A DNA stretch of 64,000 bases, taken from Vicugna vicugna (lineage: Eukaryota). Under the pieces are notes generated by a model, which was not told the DNA's origin, did not search any database, and was given only the letters and a program-made list of their open reading frames with translations. A program made the translations under genes and the position numbers. Location: contig MU058065.1 in NCBI GenBank assembly GCA_013265495.1, positions 7,936,302-8,000,301 of the forward strand. The letters are read 5' to 3'. Below are positions 1-12,375 of the stretch, piece by piece (position 1 is the first letter of the stretch; each line of letters begins with the position of its first letter).

Positions 1-174
1 TCAGAAGCTCAGAGAGAGGCCTGGAACAAATTCTCTGTCACAGCCCTTAGAAGGAACCAAACCTGCCAATACCTCAATTTCAAACTTCCAGTCTCCAGAA
101 CTGAGACAATAAATTTCTGTTGTGTGAGCCACCCGGTTTGTGGTCCTTTGTTATACCAACTATGAGCCAAATAC
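1..174 (+). mobile_element. MaLR LTR 3' part (MLT1/MST-type), truncated by window start
   Basis: MaLR 3' motifs: 'gaaggaaccaaacctgccaatacct...cttccagtctccagaactgagacaataaatttctgttgt...gccacccggtttgtggtcctttgttata...aaatac'. Confidence 0.85.
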
Positions 175-1329
175 CTTCATTCTAGATCAAAACTTCATGG
201 CTTCATGGAGCTCACATCCTAAAAGGGAACAACAGACAATAAACAAACAAATGAGCAATGTGTGTAGAACATTGGGTTTGAGCAAAGACCTGAATGAGGT
301 AAATGATGGTGCCAAAAATATGTCCATGGACAGTGTGGTCCAAGCAGAGGAAATGGGACACATATTGAGCGCTTTTTGTATTTCACAGGGCCCAGAGCAG
401 GGCCAGGCAAGATTGGAGGATGACTAGGAAAGCTGCTATGGCAGGAAGGTCATTTGGCCTTTGCCTCGCAGCCTTAAGAGCCTCAGCTGCAGATGCTGGC
501 ATCATCTCCCAATGAGCGTATGCACGCAGCCATGGAGATTGGGAGCGTTGCAAGAAGATTCTTTGATAAAAATACATTTTTTAATAAACTTGTAATTATG
601 TTGTGAATAACATGAGTGAATTCAAGACAAATAAGACATAACTCCTGGCCTGGAGAGATGGAGGCTGGAGAGGAGAGGGGAGTATGTAAACAAACCATTT
701 TAACATAGTGTTTTAAATGCCCTGGTGCGAGCATAAGAGAGGTCTTTGGAGTGCTTTTTAACCCTCATTTTTTTCTCTTTATTATCGGAGAATCTTGAGG
801 CAAAATTTTATACAGGTGAGTGGTTTCCAGCTATAATCTTCCATTAGTTACTTGGCCAGGCATGGACTTAAAATATTAATTAATCTCTACTGGGTTCATG
901 CCTCGCTAGCTCACAGGGTCTTCTCTAACCATGACCCTTGGAGTCACCATCCTAAAATATAAATAGGGAATCTTTAGATAAAGGGAGCTCCAAAGTCCTA
1001 AAGAAGACTTTGCCAGCACTTCCTAGCTCCTTCCTCTTGTTCTCTCATGAGTGTAGGCTCCTCAATCTTGTCCAGCCTCCTTTGACCTTACTGTCTTGCA
1101 TTGGTCCCTCCTTTGAATGACAAAACTTTCCAGCCACTTCTATCATCTGCCTCCATTTCCTCACCACTGCCTCTACTCTGACTCCCCCTGCTTGCCTCCT
1201 CTGTCTCCAGCCCCCAGGAAAACCCTGCACCAGGCCATCCAGCCATCGAGCTTGGCGTAGATGGGCTTTAGTTCAGTACTAGCTTTTCTTGCCCCGGTGG
1301 CTGTATGGAGCATCACGGACCACCTCCTC

Positions 1330-2273
1330 CCCCTGAGATGTTTTCCTCTTTTGACATTCCAGATGACTCTATCCCAGTCCTTCTGTCTTACCATTTTCAC
1401 GGTCTCCTTCTCTGGGTTTCTTCCTCCTCCTTCCCTTTAAACACAGATCTTCCCCAGAGTTCAGGCACTTCTTAATCTGCTCCTCTCTTTCCCTTGAAAA
1501 TCAACTCAAGCCCATAATGTCATCCCTCCGTTTCCTATCAATTGCTCCAAAGTCTGCAGCTCCGTCCCTCACCTGTTCAGACAAACCAACTGTCTGCCCA
1601 TAGTTTTGTTATTTCATGTTGCTACTACCTCAGACTCAACATCCCTCAACCTGAACACAATTCCCTACCCTCCAAACGGTCCCCTGTTCTGATTCTTGGC
1701 TCTTATTCATGTAACATCACCCTCCTTCTCATCCTGACCTGAAACTCTGAGAAACATTGATCCTTCACCTCTCCTAAGTTCCCCACGTGCAGCCAGCTGA
1801 TTCGTTCTTCAAAATTTCTCTCTCAATAGAATAAATGACTATTCATTCTCATTGCCACAGTCCTCTCTCACCAGGACTGTACAAATAGTCATATATGCCT
1901 CCTCCCAACTGCTATGGGAACTTTGCACAAAAACCCATTTCCTTCACACTCGACTTACTCTGCTTCTATCACCCATCAGTTCTCAGCCTTCACATCACTT
2001 CCTTAAAGGAAACTTTCCTGTTCTCTCTGACTCTGCAAACTCCACCCTCTGTTATATGAGTTCAAAGCCCCCTGTTCCCCTCCAGGACTTAACTGTTGAA
2101 ATTTTACATTATTGATATGATGGCTTGATTAATGCCTACCTCCTCCACCAGGCTCTCAGCTCCAGGAGCTTAGACTCATGTCTGTTTTTGTTCATCACTC
2201 TACCCCCAGCCTCTAGCATGGGACCTACGACATAACAGATACTCTCTCTATATATACTTGATGTAAATGAATG
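1330..2273 (+). mobile_element. LINE-2 (L2) fragment including 3' end
   Basis: CT-rich decayed body ending in the L2 tail 'cagctccaggagcttagactcatgtctgtttttgttcatcactctacccccagcctctagcatgggacct...taaatgaatg'. Confidence 0.75.
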
Positions 2274-2297
2274 TCTTTTCCCATGTCCCCTCTCTAG

Positions 2298-2833
2298 ATT
2301 GACTTTTGCACAAATGGCCCCAACAAGATTTTTGGTCCCATATACTGTTTCTCTATCAAGAGATAGACTCTATTTTCCCTTCCCCAGTAACTGGTCACAT
2401 TTTGCAACTGTCTTGATGAACAGAATCTGTGGCGAGATGCTGCACAACTATTGAAGCTGTGCTAGAAAAAGCATTACAGCTTTCTGGATCTCTTGGGACA
2501 CTAATTCTTGAAACCCAGTCTCCATGTTACGACTTCGGAAGCCCGACCTACATGGAGCCACCATGACTACATGTTCTGGCAGACAGACACAGCTAAGCAC
2601 AAAGCTGACGGCCAGGGTCAACTGAGACATATGAGTAAACAAATCACCACCAACTTTCAGTCTTCCAGTTAAGGCCGTAGACAGTAGGAAACAGAGACAA
2701 ACAGTTCCTGCTATGCCCAGTCCAAATCCCTGATACATCTGCAAGCAGAACACAGACTCTGTGAGCATAACCAATGGTGGTTTTTTTCCACCAAGTTTAG
2801 GGATAAATTATTGCACTGCAATAGATTAACTCA
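2298..2833 (+). mobile_element. MaLR solo LTR (MLT1F/G/H-like)
   Basis: 'aaatggccccaaca...ctctatcaagagatagactctattttcccttcccc...tgatgaacagaat...ctgtgagcataa...ccaccaagtttagggataaattattgcactgcaatagattaac' follows the MLT1 layout. Confidence 0.7.
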
Positions 2834-3354
2834 GCCACCCCCTTATCACCCTGGGGGTGCCTCCCACTGCCTCTGGGACACAGTGTGAGATCCTTAGCTC
2901 GGGCTTTAAGGCCCTCAACAATCTGGTTCCAACCATTTATTGCCCTCTGGAGAAAACTTCTGCTCCTGCCAAATTGGTTTACTCCCAGTTTTACCAACAT
3001 CCTCTATTCTTTCTTCCGTCACCGGGACCTCACTGTTGCCCATAACTGGAATGGCCTGACCATGCAGTCCCACCAAATTCTCTTCATCCCTCAGAGCTCA
3101 GCTGTCTGCACCTCCTCCCCACAGCCTCTAGGAACATCCCGGATCAACAATGCTCTCATTTTCCTTGGAATTTAGAGCTTTCAATTTTTAGCTCTACCGT
3201 TTTCTAAATGGAAAATCAAGATTTGTGGTCTTAACAATTTTTTAAATGATTTTTCCATTTAGTTACATGGAAAATTGTACAAATAAATTGAAACTTAAAT
3301 ACATTTATTTACATATTTAACCAATAGACTTCCTTGAAAACTATAAGATTGAAA

Positions 3355-3660
3355 ACCTCAAAAAGTAGGTACTATTATTATCCCCACCTTACAGATGAGG
3401 GAACTGAGAATTAGAAAGATTGAGTAGAGGGGAAGGGCCTAGCTCCAGTGGCAGAGCCCATGCTTAGCATGCATGAGGTTCTGGATTCAATTCCCAGTAC
3501 CTCTCTAAAAATGAACAAATAAATAAACTTAATCACCTCCCCCCTCAAAAAATAAAAAAATTAAAAAATAAAAGATTGAATGAATTGCCCTTAGTCATAC
3601 ACCTAAGATTTGATGGAACTGGGATTCAAACCTGGTTCCTCTAAGTCAGATCTTAATCGT
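3355..3660 (-). mobile_element. MIR SINE, split by a vic-1-type SINE
   Basis: Reverse MIR core 'tattattatccccaccttacagatgagggaactgag' resumes after the insert as 'tgaattgcccttagtcatacac...gggattcaaacc'. Confidence 0.85.
3428..3570 (+). mobile_element. Camelid tRNA-Ala-derived SINE (vic-1 type)
   Basis: tRNA-Ala-like head 'tagctccagtggcagagcccatgcttagcatgcatgaggttctggattcaattcccagtacctc' with A/B boxes, A-rich tail, and TSD 'aaagattga' at 3415-3423 and 3571-3579. Confidence 0.9.
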
Positions 3661-3724
3661 TGCCTCACCTGGTAATTAAACATGTACTGTCTTGTGTTAT
3701 GTTTTCATGTTTTATATTTTCTTT

Positions 3725-4090
3725 TGATGAATCAATTATTTACTGCAAAAATAATACATGCATGTGATAGTAAAAAATATCAAATAGTCCAAAAAAGGTA
3801 TGCAACACAATAGGAGATCTCTCTCCAAATCCAGGTCCTATCCCCTTTCCCCAGAAGCAACCACACTGTCATGGTTCTTTTGTATATTTCCAGAAATGCA
3901 TGTGTACATACAAGCATTCCTTTACTGTACAAAGGGAGCATACTGTCTACATCTTCTTCTTTGCAATGTCGCTTGACAAGCATTCCAAGTCAACATATAT
4001 AGAGTTCTTTATGTTCTTTTTCTGGACTTTGCAACGTTCTATGGCAAGACTGTACCATGACTTATTCAACAAATTCCTTGTTAATGATCT
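3725..4090 (-). mobile_element. Ancient L1 (L1ME-like) fragment
   Basis: 'ataatacatgcatgtg...cccagaagcaaccacactgtcatggttcttttgtatatttccaga...atggcaagactgtaccatgacttattcaacaaattcc' resembles antisense old L1M. Confidence 0.6.
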
Positions 4091-5194
4091 TACAGTAGAC
4101 AGAAGCTATTGAGAGAGAAAGAGAGGGAGAGAGAAAAGAGTTTGGATGGAAAACTACAGTGAAATGAGAAGGGACAGGGGAGACAAGCAGTACTGAAGGA
4201 GGAAATGACTTACTTCCCAGGTATACTGCAAAGAGAAAGAAAGCATGGCTGGGGAATAGAAGTGAAAACAGAGGAGGCTCTGAATCCATTGTGTAAAAGT
4301 GGGTCCACGAAGAAATGGGAGGAGTCACCTCTGCAGGCTCAGTGGGGTGAGAATTTGCCTTCTATCATCTTCTTTCCTGATGATTTCATCACCTCTCCTT
4401 ATGCTCTCCCCTCTTTTGCCAACCCCGTCATTTAAAAAAATATATATCTTGCCCAAAAGAAAACAAACATGTTACTATTTATTCATGCAGGAAGGCCCAC
4501 TGGACACAATGGACAGCAGCACCAGCCCTAATTAAATGAAATGGGGCAGGTGTAATTCAAACCACCTCAGGAAAATATAATCTGCCACCAAAAAAAGTTC
4601 CCACCGTTCAGACCACAGGGAAATCAGACCAGCCTCCCTCCCAGGTTCCCAAGCAGAAAGGCTGGACTCAGGGCAGCAAGACAAGAGAAGGTCGATTTCT
4701 CGCCAGCAGTTTCCTCCCTCCACTCTGAGCTCTGTGCACCCCCCACCCCCACCCCTCTGAGCTTGTTAACTGACATATCAGAGCTGCTCCCTTTATGGGC
4801 CGGATTGTTTAGCTAATTCACCCATGGAAAATGGTGCGGTTCAGATTCCATGCTGAGGCAACCAGACACCCACTGTAAATCCAGGCTTGGGGATAGTATC
4901 TCTTTTGCTTCCAGACACATAAACCTCATCCCTCCTCCTCCCCACGCAGCTTTCCTCTGGGCCTAGAAGGGACCTCAGAGAGGCTCCCATCTGAGGTCCC
5001 TTCACTTAGAGTAGAACCAGAGCTAAGAGATGGGGAAGGATGCTGGAGAAACTTACAACTGGCCTCCTAATTTAGACATGGACTCTGAAAGTCAGAAGTG
5101 AACTTGACCTAAGGATGCTCCCTGGGTACCAATGAAGAGCACGTGGCCGAATGAAAATCTGACTGCATTCTCCACATTCCCCTCACCAGCTGCA

Positions 5195-5415
5195 GTTGAG
5201 CCCTGAAATTAAACCCATTCTGATTCAAACCCCAATTGCACAATTAACTAACTATGCAAGTTTGAGAAAATTGTTTAATCTCTGTCTACTTTCATCTTCT
5301 AATGTATAAAATGGGAGAGTAATCTCTCTCTTATCTCCCTCATAGGATTATTGAAAAATTAAATGGAAAACCCATGGAAAGTTCTTGGCAATAGTAGGGG
5401 TTCCATAAGTGTGAA
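5195..5415 (+). mobile_element. MIR SINE
   Basis: 'ctgattcaaacccc...tttaatctctgtctactttcatcttctaatgtataaaatggga...cataggattattgaaaaattaaatg'. Confidence 0.7.
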
Positions 5416-8055
5416 CAAGCTTCCTTCCTCCAGAGAAAGGGTTTTTACACACCCGCTTTGGCCTCACTCCAGTCCTCCCTTCCAGGGTCCAGTGCAAAAG
5501 TGTGTGACCTCATGCAGTTGGTGATTAATGGGCAGTAGGCAGGCTCTCCACCTGCTCAAGACTGTCTCCACCACCCCCTCTCCAGCTGTCTGAGACGCAG
5601 CACGACAAGTCGTTCTTGGAGGCCAGGAGAGCTTCAGGATCTGTTAGCTGCAATGGCTGTGAGTTTGAGTCACTCTCATTTATGCAAGGGGGCAATTGTG
5701 CAGATAACCTGAAAATTCAGCTCTGCCTGGCCGGGGGATTCACTGGGAACCCACACGCCACTCCCAAGAGCAAAGCCACATGTGACTCTAATTCCATCCT
5801 TGCAGGGCTGGAGCACAGCCGAGCCCTGACCCCTCGGGGGCTGGAGACGGCTCTTCCCCCAGCCCTCACTCCCACCCCACTCCCGTCCAGGTGGAGCCAG
5901 TCCCACTCCCTTGACCTTGCCGCTGAGCTCCAGTTTCCAGCCATTTCATCACCTCTGGGCCTCTCCTCTGAACCCTCTCCAGGTTCCCCGTGTCCCTCTC
6001 GAGCTGCCTGTCAGTCAACACTCATTACTGAGCTCCAGCTCTGTTCAGATGACTGTACTCAGAGCTCGGCAAGGGACTGGAGCCAGAGTCTGGCCAGGGT
6101 GGATGGAGTATCCTGGGGAGATGACCTCATGGGCCCTTCCTCCACAGAGTATTTTTAGACACCACGTCCCTCCCCTTCCCACTCAGCTTCCATGGATTTC
6201 CAATGCAATCCAGAACTCCCCTAAAACCTCCAATAATTCAAAAGCTTATGGGGTATAAACAGTAAATACCCCTCCACACACTCAAATCCTGCTTTTGGAG
6301 ACTGGTTCCTTTTCATTTCTACCCTGCTTCTTTTCAGAAAATAAAGACTGGCTCTTGCTCTCAAATACCAAGAAACTCTGAGCATCTTCCTCAAGGCAGG
6401 CAGTCCCCCCCACCTCCATGGCCGTGGCCCCTCTCTATGTGGCTGTGATGTGGTTTCCCTTGTCGTTAAGCCAGTTTCAAGTTACACAGCCTAACATCCT
6501 GGGAGCAGCCCTCCTCTCTGGTGTGTAGAGAGACTCAGATCTTCTCAGAAAACTCCAAGTAAGCAGCATCAAGAAATCGCAGGCTCTAATTAGCACCATA
6601 GCATCAGTATGCATCAATAGGAACCTGAGTCTGGGTCATGTATCAGTGTCTCTGTCTAGTCCCACCTTTTTGGAGAAGTTAACTGCTCTGATTTTTCCCC
6701 TGAGCAGTTTGAAAGTATTCTGTCCTCTTTGTTTTGCTTTCCTTTTCTTATTGATGAACATCCCCAAAGAACTCAATCAGTAATTTACAAATGTACCCAC
6801 AAGAAGATGCATCTCAGGACCCTGAGATGGAGGAGATTCTGATGCTGCCAGAGTCAGCCACCCATCTCCTCCTCCTCTTCATGCTCTAGCTCATCACCCT
6901 ACAAGCATCTAACCTAAACTGGGCTCTAGGAAGCCCAGCTCCAGGCCATATTCTGGCCATGGCTGCTGCCAACCACTCCATGAGTGTGAAATAGTGAGAA
7001 AACTTTCACAGCCTCAGATGAGGAGAGAGGGGGAGGTGACAGGAGATGAGAAGGGCCCTGTCTCACCCCACCTCACCCAGCTCCAGGGAAGACAGGTGCT
7101 AACTGGAAAGCAATGCTAGGCAAAGAGCTGGCTCTCGATAAACATGTGTTGATTTCTCCTCGATGATAAATGCTAGTGAAGTCCAAGACGGGCTGCAGTG
7201 GGAGGAGGCAGAGCTTCACTGTAGTCAGGCAGGATTTGAATCAGTGGCAAACTAGAGGCAATTCCAGCTGAGTTCAGGGCTTGGCACAGGGCACCACTCC
7301 ATAGTCCCAGATGACAGATTTGTGGATCTTGTTCATGCTGTTCTCCTTGCCCAGAACAGCATCTGCCCACATCCACTGACACGGTCTCCAGATCAAAGAT
7401 ACCCCCTTGTGAGCAGTCCCTCATCCCCAGAACCAAAGGCTCTCCCGCAGCTCAGAGCACCCTCTCCAAGCACTTTGCTCAGAGCTCTTGGAGGACACTT
7501 ATCTCCTCTCACTGCAGGGCAGGCAGGCACCAGTGGGGCAGCCTCTTTTGGCAGTCTTCTGGGACATAACTGCCTCTCACAGCCTTTGCAAAGTCAGAGG
7601 CACCCTGGCAGGGAGCCAGAACAGGCGGCTGGAAGGTGGTGGCTTCCACGGGAGGAGGTCAAGGGGACTGATTTGTGGGGCACTCATGAGGCATTCTTCA
7701 GAGGTTCCAAAACCTATCTGGGAGAACTAGAGAGGGGGCTAGATAGAGCTCCCAAAGATACCAGCCAGAGCAGACAAATAGCGTTTGGGGACCCAATTTC
7801 TCCCCAATCAGATAATCCCTGGAAGATGGGATTACATGTAAATGTTTGCGTTCCCTCTAGGAGTATATGCCACTTCACAACTCTCAGTCCTACCATCCCC
7901 AATCCTGCTTGAATTTGAAGGGCTTGACTAAGGGCGGAGGGAAGAGCCCAGCCCTAAAAAAGGAGTCTTTCGCCTAAAGATGTAGGAAATACTAAAATCA
8001 ATAAAACAAACAACACCAAATATATACGGCCAAGGCAGGTACACCACAGAGGTCG

Positions 8056-8250
8056 GGTTATTGGACTCTAGTGCCAGACTGCTGAATTTCAAATCCCAGC
8101 CCTTACTGCTCACTCCCCTGCTGTGACCTCTCTATGCCTCAGGTTCCACATCCATAAAGTGGGGATGATATTGTGGTATGGATTAAATGAGTTTATATAT
8201 ATAAATTGCTATAAATTTGCTATGTTGTTGTTGTTATTATGGTTGTTATT
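8056..8250 (+). mobile_element. MIR SINE
   Basis: 'ggactctagtgccagactgctgaatttcaaatcccagc...ctctctatgcctcaggttccacatccataaagtggggatgata...ggattaaatgagtt'. Confidence 0.8.
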
Positions 8251-10877
8251 TATATACATTGCCAAAACTAAACAGGTCACAAGGAGAGCTTGAACTTCAG
8301 TGTTAGAAATGAGACAAAACTGCCAGGGAGGAATGAGAAGGAAGAGTAACATGGGAAAATCTGAGGTACATAGTTAGGTGAAAAAGAGCAAGGTGAAACT
8401 ATGTATTTTATGAAATTATTTAAGAAAAAATAAACAAAATATAAAGATTTTTAAAGAATTCTTTTTATGTAAGAAATATCTGTGGAAATACTCCCTAAAA
8501 ATTGGGACTAGAAACTGGAGGAATAAGATGAGCAGGAAAAGAGAGTTTGCTTGTCACTGTCAGCCTTTTCGTATTATATAAAATTTTGCCATGGGTATAG
8601 GACTTTTTTGTTTAAAATTAACAGGTAAGTGGATGGATGGATGGCACATGAGGAACAATCTAAGGCAGTCGCTTAAATCCGCCATTGTGGTTGGCTTTGG
8701 TGTGCCAGTCACTGTATCATGAGAGGACGGCTGAGCCTCATTTTCAACGCCAGGAATGAACAGATATCTCTCTCCTCTTAATAAATAAAAAGAGTAAGAG
8801 ACAACAACAGTTTACATTTGGATCTGTTAGAGATTATTTACTGGATCAGACCAACCCCTTCTTCACCCTCATGCGTCAGATCACTCATAAAGAGAGAAAG
8901 GGTAAGGTAGAGTCATCTGGTCACCTGTAAAGACGTGGTAAATAGACCTGGGGATGGAATAGGGACAACCCCTATTCCCAGTCCTGTCCACTGTCAAGTG
9001 CACACCGTCCCTCAGAAGGTCCAGCAAAGTCTGTTTTAACTCCAGGGTAGAAAGAGATCAGGGTCTCTTTGATTGCGCAGCAAGTGAAGCCGCTGAACAG
9101 TGTTTAGGGGCCACTGTGTAAACCTAGAGCCACCCTTCGCCTGGTGAGCTGCTCTCGTTGGGGGAGGTGTGCAGGGACAGAGGCTAGGAGGCGGTGGCAC
9201 ATTGACAGCACCCATCTCAGGCTCACTTCACCACCTACCCCACTGTAACTGGCTCACTGTTTCTTGCTCTCTTTTAAGTTCATATATTTGAATTCACGTT
9301 ATTGAATGAGACTCCATTTCAGTGGTTGCTCAATGTACACTGACTTTTTAAAAAGTATCTAACAAAGAAAGACCCAGAACCACCACTATCCCCACTGTCA
9401 TAAAAACATAGTCATAGAAAAAAAAGGAGATATTAATATTTGTGATTTACCTGAGATTCCACTGTAGGAGGTGAGCTGAGCTAGGAGATCATGACAGCCG
9501 AGGCAGGAGACAACTAGTGAGGCACCTCTTCAACAAGTTACTGACCACTTGAACTGCAACCATTTTAGGAAATCGGTCAGAGTCATCTCAAAGCCATTAA
9601 TTTTCCTCCCGAAGTCTTTGAGGAGAATTGGAGGGGCCAGCAAAGATTGGAAGGACAATCAAAGCATTTACTAAGCACAGTGTTGTCAGGCAGGATACTG
9701 GGACCTGGGCAGAACCACAGTGGAAGAAAAAGCAGGGTCACCAGCTTCCAGAGTCTACTGTCAAACTGAAGCCCCACGGAGATGGGCAAGTACTAACACC
9801 ACACTTCAATGTGTCGTGTGACAAGTGTAAGGGCAGAGAAGGAAAGAGTGCCTGTCTCTCGAAAGGAGAGCTCAGGGAAGTGACATTTTCTTCAGCCCAG
9901 CTTGGTTCCTTAACAGCACTTGGAAGGACACACCCCCTGCCAAGCCATTTCTGGACTGCACTAAGCACTCCTGACCCTGAGCCTCCCAACTCTATGCTCT
10001 TGTAGTCACGGGTTATCCACAATGTCTTGAGCCTCATGTTTGCCCTGTCCTTTTTCTCTGATGCACATCATAGTCTAAGCTCCACCAGACTACCCTTGAG
10101 CTGTCCATCCATGCAGAGCTCTCCAGCACCACCCCTGATACCCTGCAGGACTCTCACTCCCCCAGGGACCCTCCATCCTGATCCTCATCCCCTACCAGGG
10201 TGGAATATGAATACATTCAAGCTGGTCTTCCAAGTTGAATAGAAGTTTATAAGTAGAGCAGAGGCTTAGCTTTGCAGGTAGAGGGAGGTGTGTGGAGAGG
10301 GGCCAAGGGGTAAAGCAGAGTGAGTGTTGGATTAAGGGGAGCCTCTGTGGTAGGCACAAGTGCAGGCTGGCAGGGGCTGCAAGGAGGTATGACAATTTCA
10401 TATAAGTTTCACATGAACAAACTCTCCATTTGCCTGCTTCTAATCTCTCCCCACTCTAACTCCACCTGCACATCTCTGCCAAATGAAGCTTTGAAGTTTC
10501 CTAAAATACAGTTTTCATCAAATTACTCAAGGAACTTCGGTGTCTCCCTACTTGTAGAATCAAGTCAAGTGCCCTACCTTGGATTTTTGGGTCTTCAGGT
10601 TGGTTCCAGCTCACCTGCTTATTATTCTTCTGCAGAAGTTCTCCAACGAATGCTTCTCTTTAGCCAGGGAGACCATTGCATCACTGCCCACACATGCCAA
10701 GGCCGCTCAAGCCTCCAGGCCTTTACTGATACTGTGGCCCCAAGTCTGGAAAGACCTCAGGTCACTTCTCTACTTTGCCTCATGACCCAGCTCAAATTCC
10801 ACCTCCTCTGGGAAGCTATACTTGACTCTTCCAATGCTCTTCTCTCACCATCATTGCAGGGAGTTTAGCACTTAGTT

Positions 10878-11930
10878 CCTTTTTATTTTTAATTTTTTAA
10901 AATTTAATTCACATTCCACATGCTTATTTATTTAAAATGTACAATTCAATGGTTCTTAGTATATTCACAGAGTCACTCATTACTCACCAAGTGTAGCCAT
11001 CGTCACTGTCAATTTTGAAACATTTCCATCACCCCAAAAAGAAACTTCAAACCCTTTAGCAGTCACCTCCTCAGTCCCCCATTCGTTACTTCCCAATCCT
11101 CTAGCCCTAGGCAATCACCAGTCTACTTTTCATCTTCTTTCTGTCTCTAAAGACTTGCCTATTCTGGGTCGTTTGTGTAAACGGAATCCTACAATATGTG
11201 ATCTTTTCCGTCTGGATGCTTTCACTTAGCATAGTCTTCAAGGTTCAGCCATGTTGTAGCATGCATGAGTCAGTACTTTATACATTTTTATTGACAAATA
11301 ATACTCCATGGTACAGATAAACCACATTTTGTTTATCCATTCATCCATCTCATCCATCGATAGACATTTGGGTTGTTCTCACTTTTTGGCTGTTATGAAT
11401 AATGCAAGTCTTTGTGTGGACAAATTTTTGGTTCTCTTGGGTAGATTCTAGGAGTGGAATTGCTGGGGTCTATGTTGAATTTTTTGAGGAACCACCAGAC
11501 TGTTTTCCACAGAGGTTGTACCACTTACTCCTATCAACAATATATAAGGGGTCCAATTTCTTCACATCCTCCTTGACACTTACTACTATCATTATCTGAC
11601 TTTTTGACTATGGCCACAAGGGTGGAGAGATATTCCATTGTGGTTTTAATTTGCATTTCTCTGATGGCTAATAAGGTTGAGAATATTTTCAAATGCTTGT
11701 TGGCTTGATATATATATATATATTCTCCGGAGAAATGTGTATTGAGATCCTTTGCCCATTTTTTTTAACTGGGTTGTCTTTTCATTGTTAAATTGTAAGA
11801 GTTATAAGTCCCTCATCAGATATATGATTTGCAAAATATTTCTTCCCATTCTATGGGTGGTCTCTTCACTTTCTGGGTGGTGTCCTTCGAAATATAAAAG
11901 TTTTTCGTTTTAATGAAGTCAATTTATCTG
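10878..11930 (-). mobile_element. L1MB-like LINE-1 fragment (ORF2 3' end and 3' UTR)
   Basis: Antisense L1M motifs 'aaaatgtacaattcaatgg...catcaccccaaaaagaaac...ttcacttagcata...gtttatccattcatc...gagtggaattgctggg...ttgcatttctctgatggctaat...tatgatttgcaaaatattt'. Confidence 0.9.
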
Positions 11931-12136
11931 TGTTACTTAGCTCTTTAGTATTTAACTCTATTTGAGTGCTTAACTTTTGTCTACATGCTTGGGGATTATC
12001 TTGTATCTCCAACCAGACTTATGATGAGGGCTCATGGGCTATGCTCCGGGTATTAAAAGGAAGAATAGAAACTGAACCAAAAGAAAGCCCACAAGCTAAA
12101 TGACATGGTAGTCATATTTTGTGTTTGGGAAGGTAG

Positions 12137-12375
12137 GCAGTTCTGATGGTAGAGAAGAATGAGAATCTTGGGTTAAAATAGATTTGGGTTCAAATCCCAA
12201 CCATACCACTTTCTACCAATTGTGTGACTTCACACAAGTTACCCAACTTCTCTAACCCTTAGCCTAAAAGGGATAAACTAAAATGGGTGGAATGGGTGAA
12301 AAGGCAACATAGTAATATCTACCTAAAAGGGTCTTGAAGATAAAGGAGATCAAGTATGCAGGACCTAGCACAGCA
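12137..12375 (+). mobile_element. MIR SINE
   Basis: 'gatttgggttcaaatcccaaccataccactttctacc...tgtgtgacttcacacaagttacccaacttctctaacc'. Confidence 0.8.

Noticed and set aside
8956..8978. 9-bp stem-loop 'ggaataggg-acaac-ccctattcc' as a terminator or ncRNA
   Set aside because: Too short to exceed chance, has no U-tract, and sits in a eukaryotic context.
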